Source of the DNA: an uncultured Holophagae bacterium
Lineage (GTDB): Bacteria > Acidobacteriota > Thermoanaerobaculia > Thermoanaerobaculales > Sulfomarinibacteraceae
Reading direction: 5' to 3'
DNA: 64,000 bases
Assembly (NCBI GenBank): GCA_963714385.1
Contig: CAVQOJ010000001.1
Location: 299,399-363,398 of the forward strand
The translations under genes were made by a program, and so were the position numbers. This document shows, piece by piece, positions 55,720 to 64,000 of this stretch. The first letter of the stretch is position 1. Each line of letters begins with the position of its first letter. Below the pieces are notes generated by a model. It made no database searches. It had not been told where the DNA came from and saw nothing but the letters and a program-made list of their open reading frames with translations.

Positions 55720-58686
55720 TTATTCGATGTCGATGGACAACAGCTCCACCGGAATCAGCACCTCCATGGTCACCGGAACCTGGATCAACGGTTCGTCCGG
55801 ATCGTTGGAAAGGACGCACAAGGTCGCGCCGTATGTTCCTACCGCGATTCCCGTCGAGTCATAGGTCACGTCGACAACGGTGTTGGTGCCGGGGCCGTTG
55901 GTGCCCATGTCGGGCGCCACGCTCAGCCACGGGATGTCCTCCGGACTGGAGCAGATGCCGCCGGCGGCCACCGCCCCCTCGAACTCGCCGGTCGGGTTGT
56001 CGGTGGCGAGAGGTGTCACCGCCCCGGTTGCCAGGTCGACAGTGCCGTAAACGTTGGCGCCACCACCGATGTACAGGAAGATGTACAGGGTGCCGTCGTC
56101 GTTGTCGAAGTCCATGCCCTGGGCGAAGTTACCGTCGTAACCGGTGGGGCCCACCGCGGTCGCGGCACCCGTCGCCATGTCGATGGTGTAGATGTTGTCA
56201 GTGCCGATGTCGTGGCCATACATCTGACCAAGTCCGTTGATCGAGATATCGATCATCAACGCGGTGCCCATGGATCCCACCAAGGTCAAAGTGCCGGTTG
56301 AGGAATCCACCGTGTAAAGCAACGAGTCGACACCGTCCGTGGTGCTCGCGTACAGCATGTCGTTCGTCGGGTCCACGGCGAGGCCGGTCAGTGTGTGACC
56401 GGCAGCAGGGACGCTCGGACCAATCGTGGTCCATGCGCCGGTTGCCGTGTCAATCGTCCCGAGGGCCTGCAGGGTATTGTCGAGACCATAGAGGGTCGTC
56501 AGGGTGCTGTCGAAGTCCATGCCGAAGATCGGCTGGGCGTTGAGACCAACCACCGTCTGGCCCGGGAAGTCGTTCAAGGTGAACGACACGAAGTTGTCCG
56601 AGACAAAGCCGATGTCGAGGGCGTAACCCGTGTCCGTCGGGGAAAACCCGACCTGTGGCTGCCCTCCGCTCGGCACCACGCCTCCCAGGCACTGGTCGGC
56701 GTAGCCGGCGGGCTCCCTGCCGGGGTAGTCAACGTAGTCGGCGCACACCAGCTGTTCCTCCGACTCCCCGTCGAGGGGACGAGAATCATCCGGCGCGCCG
56801 TACTGGACGTTGCGGTTGCGAGCCCTGAAAAGCGCCGGCGGCGCCTCGAGGATCGACCAACTGAGATCGGCTCCGCCCTGGTTGTCGATCGTCAGGGGCT
56901 GAACCACGATCTCGTTGGACAGCTGGCTGCTCATCATGCTCAGCGGCATCACGTCGATGTCCGGAAAGAGGACGTTGACGGTGGCCGAGTCCGTTGCTTC
57001 GGCCGACGGTCCACCGGGGACGAAGGCCGTCCAGGTCGCGGTGTTCATGGTGGTGGCGTTGACGATCGTCGAGATCGTGAGACCGGCGTCGACCGTGTTG
57101 ACGCTGGCGCCGGGGGCGAGCACGAACGCGAAACCGCTCAAGATCGTCCCCAGCTGATCGTCGACCAGATTATGGACCTCGAAAGCCACGTCACCGGTGT
57201 TGGTGACCTCGTAGCAGTAGAACACCTCGGTGCCGGCCGGCACCGTGATTGTGTCGGTGGTCGAGCACACGCCGGACACGGTCCCCACCGTCTTGTCGAG
57301 GGTGATCGCCGGGTTGACGACGCCTCCGTTCACCACCAGACACCACTCGTTGAGGGTGCCGGTATCTCCACCGGCGTTGTCCGACACGGTGAGCTCCCAG
57401 GTTCCGCCGATGTCCTGACCGTCGAAGGCCTCCATCAGCGTGGCGTTGCACGGATCGCCTCCCGGTGCACTGCCGGTGATCGCCGGCAGGTCGCTGCACT
57501 GGTCTTCGATGCAGGTGTCCAGGCCCTCGTCGTTCACCGTGACGAAGTAGTCGTTGCCGCCGCACCCATAGGTCGAGGCGGGGACGCCGGGGCGGTCAAT
57601 AAAGGTGACCGAGGTCGCGGTGTCGACGTGGGTCAGCGTGAAGATGAGGTCGCCGGACCAGGTGTGCGGGGCGTCGATAAAGACATCCAGGTCATCGATG
57701 GTGAGGGTGTCGGTGATGACCTGTGAAGCCGTGAGCCCCATCGGATCGTTGTCCGGAATCGCGACTGCAGGAGTATCACAGTAGTTGGCTCCGCCGCCCC
57801 CTCCCCCGGTGATCCATGCGCCGCCGCAGAAGACCTCGGCGGACGTCCACGGGTTCGGGAAGGCGGGGAGGTAGGCCCCACCCACCAGGTCGTAGGGGTA
57901 GATGTCGCCCGGCTCGTCGATCACCAGGTAGGCGACTCCGCTATCGCTCACCGCCAGTCCGTCGATATCGGTCTGACCGGAAGGATACGGTGCGATCAGT
58001 GTGGCGGTCGCGTCGTTGTTGATGCGGAACAGCCCCGAGCCGTTTGGGGTTGCGTCGTCGTTGGTGCCGTAAAGCTCGCCGGTGTTCGGATCGGCGGCCA
58101 GGCCGCCGAAGTCCCAGTCTGCGTCGACGTAGTCGATGTACACCGTCGCCACCAGGGTCGTCAGGTCGATGGTGTACACGGCCTCGTTGGCGATGTTCCG
58201 CGTCGAGTACAGCGTACCGTTGTAGTAGGCGAGCGCGACCATCACCTGGGCGGCTCCGGCGGGGTCGGTGATCGTGCCCAACATGTTGATCGCTCCGCCG
58301 ACCGGCCACTCGTAAAGGGTGGAGCCGTCGTTGAAGAGAATCCGGTCGTTGGCCGCGTCGTAGGCCGAACCATAGACGTCGGCGCCGACGAAGGCGTCCG
58401 TCCAGTTTCCCATCGCATCGCCGAGCTGTTGCGTGACGGCGGGATCATCCACCCCGATGAAGAGGGGGTAATCCACCGGCGCACCAAAGTACAGCGGGGC
58501 AACCGGCTGCGCCGACGGGCCCGCCTGCTCGGCGGCCAGTGCCATCGACTGCTCCAATAGCGTCTCGGCATTGTCGGTCGCCTCGGCCACGGCCACGCCC
58601 ATTCCAACGAGCGCCACGCTCAATACACCGACCACAATCCAGTATTTTCGAAGCTCTGCACCAATCATCTCGTTCCCCCCTTCCAT
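55720..58686 (-). CDS. Giant secreted protein, paralog A: proprotein-convertase P-domain-like + DUF11/CARDB-like Ig domain + beta-propeller-like repeats + C-terminal Ig-like domain ending ...VLIPVELLSIDIE
   Basis: There is a signal/TM. PHTWSGDLIFTLTHVDTATSVTFIDRPG...GGTWELTVSDNAGGDTGTLNEWCLVVNGG is P-domain-like. ITLDKTVG...VFYCYEVTNTGDVAFEVHNL is DUF11-like. Repeated LYG.D...L..ID..TGA.T.IG units follow. Confidence 0.8.
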   Translation of the reverse strand: MEGGNEMIGAELRKYWIVVGVLSVALVGMGVAVAEATDNAETLLEQSMALAAEQAGPSAQPVAPLYFGAPVDYPLFIGVDDPAVTQQLGDAMGNWTDAFVGADVYGSAYDAANDRILFNDGSTLYEWPVGGAINMLGTITDPAGAAQVMVALAYYNGTLYSTRNIANEAVYTIDLTTLVATVYIDYVDADWDFGGLAADPNTGELYGTNDDATPNGSGLFRINNDATATLIAPYPSGQTDIDGLAVSDSGVAYLVIDEPGDIYPYDLVGGAYLPAFPNPWTSAEVFCGGAWITGGGGGGANYCDTPAVAIPDNDPMGLTASQVITDTLTIDDLDVFIDAPHTWSGDLIFTLTHVDTATSVTFIDRPGVPASTYGCGGNDYFVTVNDEGLDTCIEDQCSDLPAITGSAPGGDPCNATLMEAFDGQDIGGTWELTVSDNAGGDTGTLNEWCLVVNGGVVNPAITLDKTVGTVSGVCSTTDTITVPAGTEVFYCYEVTNTGDVAFEVHNLVDDQLGTILSGFAFVLAPGASVNTVDAGLTISTIVNATTMNTATWTAFVPGGPSAEATDSATVNVLFPDIDVMPLSMMSSQLSNEIVVQPLTIDNQGGADLSWSILEAPPALFRARNRNVQYGAPDDSRPLDGESEEQLVCADYVDYPGREPAGYADQCLGGVVPSGGQPQVGFSPTDTGYALDIGFVSDNFVSFTLNDFPGQTVVGLNAQPIFGMDFDSTLTTLYGLDNTLQALGTIDTATGAWTTIGPSVPAAGHTLTGLAVDPTNDMLYASTTDGVDSLLYTVDSSTGTLTLVGSMGTALMIDISINGLGQMYGHDIGTDNIYTIDMATGAATAVGPTGYDGNFAQGMDFDNDDGTLYIFLYIGGGANVYGTVDLATGAVTPLATDNPTGEFEGAVAAGGICSSPEDIPWLSVAPDMGTNGPGTNTVVDVTYDSTGIAVGTYGATLCVLSNDPDEPLIQVPVTMEVLIPVELLSIDIE

Positions 58687-58867
58687 CGAATCACGTCTGA
58701 AGACCGTCCTGCCAAATCAAGGGCAGAGAAGCCCACCAATCGGAAACCCCTCCCCTTTTCGGACATTCGAAAATTCGCAGAGAAATTTTACCCTGCGTTT
58801 CCCCCGGGAATCAAGTGTCGCCCCCACGCCAACCCATCACCGAAGGTGGCGCATTCGTTGAAAGCGT

Positions 58868-59036
58868 TGAAGACGGCTCGATCGCTGATTTCAAATCGAA
58901 AATCAATAAACCCAGGGCGCCGAGGTGGGCTCGAGACGCAAAAAACCGCCGCCCCGGAGGGCGGCGGTGTCAAGCGCCTTGGATGCGCGGCCGAACCGCG
59001 CGTCGTCGGTACGGTTATTCGATGTCGATGGACATC
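58868..59036. repeat. Segmental duplicate of 55562-55738 (3' block of the giant paralogs plus terminator plus an upstream remnant)
   Basis: About 100 bp are identical (acgcaaaaaaccgccgccccggagggcggcggtgtcaagcgccttggatgcgcggccgaaccgcgcgtcgtcggtacggttattcgatgtcgatggaca). Flanking stretches diverge, including a copy of the ctcgatcgctgatttc end of the zinc-ribbon gene. Confidence 0.85.
58940..58968 (-). terminator. Rho-independent terminator, identical copy
   Basis: Same GCCGCCC...GGGCGGC hairpin plus T-tract on the minus strand. Confidence 0.8.
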
Positions 59037-62032
59037 AGCTCCACCGGAATCAGCACCTCCAGCGTCGCCGGCACAGGCACCACCGGCTCGTCCGGATCGT
59101 TGCTGAACACGCACACCACCGCTTCGTAGATGCCGGTGCTCATCCCCGTGGAGTCGAAGGTCACATCCACAGGCGTCGTGCCCGCCGGCGCGATCGTGCC
59201 GTTGTCCGGCGCCACGCTCAGCCACGGCACGTCGGACGGGGCGAAGCACAGCGAGTCCGGGAAGCCAATCCAGCCGATCTGCTCGCCTGCACCCGCGCGC
59301 CCCAGCACGCCCACCAGGGCCGTGTTGCCGGTCGCCAGATCCACGGTGCGGAGCTCGGCCAGGAAGGTGCCGTTGTTGAACGCCGCCATGTACATCGTCC
59401 CGGTGGTCGGGTCGTAGTCCATGCCCTGACCGAAGTTGGCGTCAAACCCGATCGACCCGATCGTCGTCCCCGCGCCCGTCGCCTTGTCTACGGTCAGCAG
59501 CACGTCGTTCACCAGGTCGTACGTGTACATGGTGCCGCCGGTGTCCACCGCCACTGCGATGGAGCATGGCGAGTTGGTGATCGTGCCGATGCTCGTCGCC
59601 GTCGCTGCGACCACATCGATCTGCCACAGAGATCGAGCTCGTGATGTCGCAGCTCACCGCGTAGGTGTTGCCGGTCGACGGATCGAAGGCTCAGACCCGT
59701 GTACGACTGGCTCCCGCCAGGCGCGTCGGCAGCGTCCCGATCACCGTCTCCGCTCCCGTGGTCGTGTCGACCGTCACCAGCTGATTGTTGTCCTTGATCT
59801 GGTACGTCACCGTCGAATCGCCGCCGACGAAATCACCGGCCCACACGTACGTGGACACCGGAGCGATGTTCACCAGCGTTCCAGGCGTGTCGGTGTCGAA
59901 GTACACCTGGTTCAAGAACGACTCCTCCGTCGCATACGCGAGGGTCCCCGGAAGCAGCGTCTCGAACGGTACGCCACTGGCTCCAGGCGTCGGCTTGCGG
60001 TCCGACCGGCGCCGCGGCGAAGGATGGCGGGTTGGCACCGCGCACGAAGCTGCCGTCGCTCGCCGGAATCGACCTCGGTGCCGCCTCCAGAATGTTCCAG
60101 TCCAGGTTCTCGGTGCCCACGTTGCCCAGGTCCAGCGGCAGCACGTTGACCTCGTTGGTCAGCTGCGAGCTCAGCAGGGCCATCGGGTTCACCGTGATGT
60201 CCGGATCCGAGATGTTCACCGTCGCGGTGTCGCTGGCCATCGCCTCCTGAACCGTGGTCAGCGCGTACCGCACCGCCAACGGTGTGGTCAGCGCGGCCGG
60301 TTCCCAGGTAGTACTGAGTGCCGAGAGACCCGTCCTGGTTCTCGATGCCCGCCGAGTGCGTACCGCCGTCAGACGGCGCCGCAAGATAGTGGACCTCGAT
60401 CGCGTTGTCGGCCTCGAACAGCTTGTACTGCATGGTCACCGGGTTGCCCGACGAGAAGTGTTGGATGTCCGTGAACTGGACGATGAACACCTGGTTCGGC
60501 GCCACGCCCATGGTCTCGTAGTAGACAGCGCTCCACCATCCGGCGGATCGAGATCCTCCCACCAGCCGGCGATCACGCCGTTCGGTGTCGACGGATCGGG
60601 CAGCGACTGACCGGTGCAGCATCCGCTGCCGTAGTCGGCATCGCTCATGAACCCGTTCGAGCTCACCCAGAAGTCGGTGTACGGCACGCCGTAGAAGTCG
60701 AAGCTGAAACCGATCGGCAGCTGCATCGTCGTCGTCGTCGCTCAGGGCGAACAGCGTGCCGGTGGTCGAGATGTCGACAAAGTCCACCTGAATCGTGTCG
60801 TCAACGGTGTAGCCGGGAATCGCGTCCCTCGCCGTCCAGGTGCCGGTGTTGGTCACCGACGACCCGCTCACCGTCGTCTCCACGATCGCCTCATATGTGG
60901 CGCCCGGAGTCAACGTCACCGGGGCGTTGACGAAGATCGCCCCCAGCTGGTCGTCCTCCAGGGTGTGGAACTCGAAGGTCACGTCGCCCGTGTTCTCCAC
61001 CTCGTAGCAGTAGTAAACAGGCGTGCCCGAGCTCACCGTAATGGCGTCCGTCGCCGCGCACACCGCCGGCACCGTGCCGACCGTCTTGGTCAAGGCAATC
61101 GCCGGTCCGGCACTTGCGCAGGTTGTGGTGAGGGTGAAATCTCCGGTGTTACTGCTGAAGCCGTGGACCAGAACGAGGTACTCCACGCCCGGGCTCGAGG
61201 TCCAGGTCACCGAGGACTGCAGGCCGCAGAAGTCGTCGTTGCCGCCGACGCAGGTCGTGGTCACCGGGTCGCAACCGTCGGTGTACACCGAGATCTTGGA
61301 GTCGTAGGTCGTCCCGGTGCAGGTGTCGACCGTAATGTCGCCGCCGGTGCCCATGATGCTGTACCAGACTCCCGGCGCGGTGTTGGTCGTCCCGCAAGTC
61401 GGAAACGCGTCGAAGGTGGCATCGATCGTGGTGCCCGCGACTGCGGAATCGCACGCGATCGGAGCCGCGTCGGAGCACAGGTCGTTCGGCGGTGCACCGC
61501 CATCGTAGGCCACCGGGCCGTAGCTGCCGGCCGCGGAGTGCGGATCGCCACCCCAGCCGTCGCCGGTGATGTTCCAGTCGAACATCCAGGGTGCCCCCCC
61601 ACCGTCGACCGTGACGTCGACGCAAAAATCGAAGTCGGTCCCCGGAGCAGCGCCACCAAGCCACGCGCCACAGCCCGTCGGGATGACCCCAGTGCTTTGC
61701 CAGTACACGACGTTGCCGGGTTCGGTTCCGACGACCGGCGGCAATGCGCTGCCGCACCCGTTCGCTGCCGGCACGCTGTCGGGCGCGATCGCATCGACCG
61801 ACCAGCCGTCGGGCAGGTCGATGTCGAACCGGTCCATGTACTCGGTGTCCGGCGATTGGACGTTCACCGTGAAGCACAGGGTCTGCGGTCCGGCCGGAAT
61901 CGGGTCCGGCAACAGGAGAGTCATCGACGAGGCGCCGATGTTCTCGCCCTGCGCCATTGCGGCGGCCGGCAGCATCAGGGCGCATACCAACGCGCAGCAC
62001 ACACCAGCGATCAAAGAAATCCTACGTTCCAT
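59015..62032 (-). pseudogene. Giant secreted protein, paralog B (signal peptide + PPC-like domain + DUF11-like + propeller repeats + ...VELMSIDIE tail), broken into at least 5 reading-frame pieces
   Basis: Homologous segments are spread over ORFs 59912-62032 (N-terminal about 440 aa), 60436-60726, 59833-60384, 59691-60038 and 59015-59614 (C-terminal 199 aa). Each continues the paralog A/C alignment in a different frame. Confidence 0.6.
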
Positions 62033-62223
62033 GGGGCTCCTCCTTCATATAAACGGAGCGCCGCGGCCCCGCGGCCTCCGCGGTTTGCCGTCTCGACGGC
62101 GTATGACCACAAACAAACACGAACCAAAAACAAAATCGACCAGATCGGCCGGCAAAAATGATAACGACCGGAGTTTACTACACGCTCTTTGTGAGAACAA
62201 GCCGCCACCACAGGAAAACGGTC

Positions 62224-62253
62224 AAAAAAACCGCCGCCCCGGAGGGCGGCGGT
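62224..62253 (-). terminator. Rho-independent terminator, third copy
   Basis: aaaaaaaccgccgccccggagggcggcggtgt on the plus strand. Hairpin plus T-tract on the minus strand. Confidence 0.8.
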
Positions 62254-62300
62254 GTTGAGATTCGCCCGATCGCGGTCTGGCCGCGAGTCGTTTCGGAGGG

Positions 62301-64000
62301 TTACTCGACGTCGATGGACATCAGCTCCACCGGGATCAGCACCTCCATGGCCACCGGAACCTGGACCAGCGGCTCGTCGGGATCGTTGGACGTCACGCAG
62401 AGCACGCCTTCGTACAGCCCCACCATGAGCCCGGTGGAGTCGAAGGTGACGTCGACCACGGTGTTGGTGCCCGGAACGTTGGTGCCCATGTCCGGGGCGA
62501 CGCTCAGCCACGGCAGGTCCGCCGGATTGGAGCAGGCGCCGCCGGCGGCCACCGCCCCTTCGAACTCGCCGGTTGGGTTGTCGACCGCGAGGGGAGTGAC
62601 GGCGCCGGTTGCCAGGTCCACCGTGCCGAAGACGTTGGCCCCTCCGCCGATGTACAGGAAGATGTACAGCGTCCCGTCGTCGTTGTCGAAGTCCATGCCC
62701 TGGGCGAAGTTACCGTCGTAACCGGTGGCGCCGACGGCGGTTGCGGCGCCGGTGGCCTTGTCGATGGTGTAGATCATGTCGGTGCCGATGTCGTGCCCGT
62801 ACATCTCACCGAATCCGTTGATCGAGATGTCGATCATCAGCGCGGTGCCCATGGAACCCACCAGCGTCAACGCGCCGGTCAGAGAATCCACGGTGTAGAG
62901 CAACGAGTCGACGCCGTCCGTGGTGCTCGCGTACATCATGTCGTTGGTCGGGTCCACGGCCAGTCCGGTCAGTGTGTGACCGGCAGCAGGGACGCTCGGA
63001 CCGATCGTGGTCCACGCGCCGGTCGCGGTGTCGATGGTGCCGAGCGCCTGCAGGGTGTTGTCGAGGCCGTACAGGGTCGTCAGAGTGCTGTCGAAGTCCA
63101 TGCCGAAGATCGGCTGGGCGTTCGGGCCGATCACCGTCTGGCCCGGGAAGTCGTTCAGGGTGAACGACACGAAGTTGTCCGAGACGAAACCGATGTCCAG
63201 GGCGAAGCCGGTGTCGGTGGGAGAAAAGCCGGTCTGCGGCTGCCCTCCGGCCGGCACGGCACCGTCGAGACACTGGTCGGCGTAGCCCGCGGGCTCTCTC
63301 CCGGGGAAGTTGTCATATTCGGCGCAGTCCAGCAGCTCCTCCGCATCCCCTGCGAGCGGAAGCGCATCATCCGGCGCGCTGTGCCGGACGTCGCGATTGC
63401 GGGCCCTGAGCAGTGCCGGCGGCGCCTCGACGATCGACCAGTCGAGATCGGACCCGCCCTGATTCTCGATCGTCAGGGGCTGCACCACGATCTCATTCGT
63501 CAGCTGGCTGCTCAGCATGCTGAGCGGCGTCACGTCGATGTCCGGGTCCGCCAGGTTGACCGTCGCCGTATCGACGGCGCTCGCCATGGAGGGGGTCGTC
63601 GGGGTCCAGAGGATCGCGAAACCGTTGTCGAGAACCGGTGCGTTGTACGAGTACTGGTTCGCCGTCGTCGCGTCCATATTCAAACCGACGGTGGCCGACG
63701 CACCGAGATCATAGGTTGTATTACCGAAATCCACATCCTCGTACTGGAACAGGATCTCGTTGCTGCCCTCGAACAGAATCACCTCGAACGTGGCCGATCC
63801 GATGTTGCTGAAGTGCGGACGGTTATACCACTCGACGATGAACATCCGGTTCGGTGCTACGCCCTGAGTCTCGTAGTAAACATCGCCGGTGTCGGAGTCG
63901 ATGTCGTCCCAGAACGGCAGAACGCCCATCGGCACATTGCCACTCGGCAGCGCGACGTTAGCGGTGGAAATCGAACAGCCCGCCTGGCCCACGAGGAGAC
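62301..64000 (-). CDS. Giant secreted protein, paralog C (5' end beyond the window). About 90% identical to paralog A over the C-terminal 450 aa and ends ...VLIPVELMSIDVE
   Basis: Long identical stretches with paralog A (QPIFGMDFDSTLTTLYGLDNTLQALGTIDTATGAWTTIGPSVPAAGHTLTGLAVDPTNDM...). The ORF reaches the window edge. Confidence 0.8.
   Translation of the reverse strand, partial: LLVGQAGCSISTANVALPSGNVPMGVLPFWDDIDSDTGDVYYETQGVAPNRMFIVEWYNRPHFSNIGSATFEVILFEGSNEILFQYEDVDFGNTTYDLGASATVGLNMDATTANQYSYNAPVLDNGFAILWTPTTPSMASAVDTATVNLADPDIDVTPLSMLSSQLTNEIVVQPLTIENQGGSDLDWSIVEAPPALLRARNRDVRHSAPDDALPLAGDAEELLDCAEYDNFPGREPAGYADQCLDGAVPAGGQPQTGFSPTDTGFALDIGFVSDNFVSFTLNDFPGQTVIGPNAQPIFGMDFDSTLTTLYGLDNTLQALGTIDTATGAWTTIGPSVPAAGHTLTGLAVDPTNDMMYASTTDGVDSLLYTVDSLTGALTLVGSMGTALMIDISINGFGEMYGHDIGTDMIYTIDKATGAATAVGATGYDGNFAQGMDFDNDDGTLYIFLYIGGGANVFGTVDLATGAVTPLAVDNPTGEFEGAVAAGGACSNPADLPWLSVAPDMGTNVPGTNTVVDVTFDSTGLMVGLYEGVLCVTSNDPDEPLVQVPVAMEVLIPVELMSIDVE

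Overview
This is a 64 kb window of high-GC (about 65-70%) bacterial chromosome, densely coding, with strong GC3 bias in the real genes. Most long antisense ORFs are artefacts of that bias. I see no rRNA, tRNA or CRISPR.

Recognisable content, in order:
- A C-terminal fragment of a TPR-like protein, then a MobA/MocA-like molybdenum-cofactor nucleotidyltransferase.
- A Tat-exported PaoABC-like periplasmic aldehyde oxidoreductase: 2Fe-2S subunit 1191-1811, Moco subunit 1808-4111, FAD subunit 4113-5093.
- A peroxiredoxin, a TPR-containing Ser/Thr kinase, a secreted HExxH metalloprotease, and the fused isobutyryl-CoA mutase IcmF.
- An AT-rich islet (14.3-15.5 kb).
- Very large secreted proteins built from BNR/Asp-box, PKD, FG-GAP, FN3, HYR, P-domain and DUF11-like modules.
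- A penicillin-acylase (Ntn) homolog, an M1 peptidase, DoxX, a GntR regulator plus an SPFH protein, a frameshifted rhodanese, an OmpW-like porin, and a DUF1800/DUF1501 pair.
- A LiaF-like pair with a LytS/LytTR two-component system that carries frameshifts.
- An SGNH hydrolase, an acyltransferase-3, a glycoside-hydrolase-like protein with TSP3 repeats, an ERCC4-type nuclease, a tandem FKBP, an MBL hydrolase and a beta-helix protein.
- Three tandem paralogs of a giant secreted protein; the middle copy is frameshifted.

The most unusual observations:
1. A roughly 20-aa C-terminal tail, '...F[AT]DGFESGD..W[ST].V.P*', recurs on at least five unrelated secreted proteins. It looks like an undescribed sorting or processing tag.
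2. A second conserved C-terminal tail, '...EVLIPVEL[LM]SIDIE*', closes the giant tandem paralogs.
3. Arrays of AT-rich heptanucleotide tandem repeats (many different unit sequences) sit in several intergenic regions.
4. There is an unusual density of frameshifts (HK, RR, rhodanese, paralog B). These are either true pseudogenes or indel errors in the assembly.
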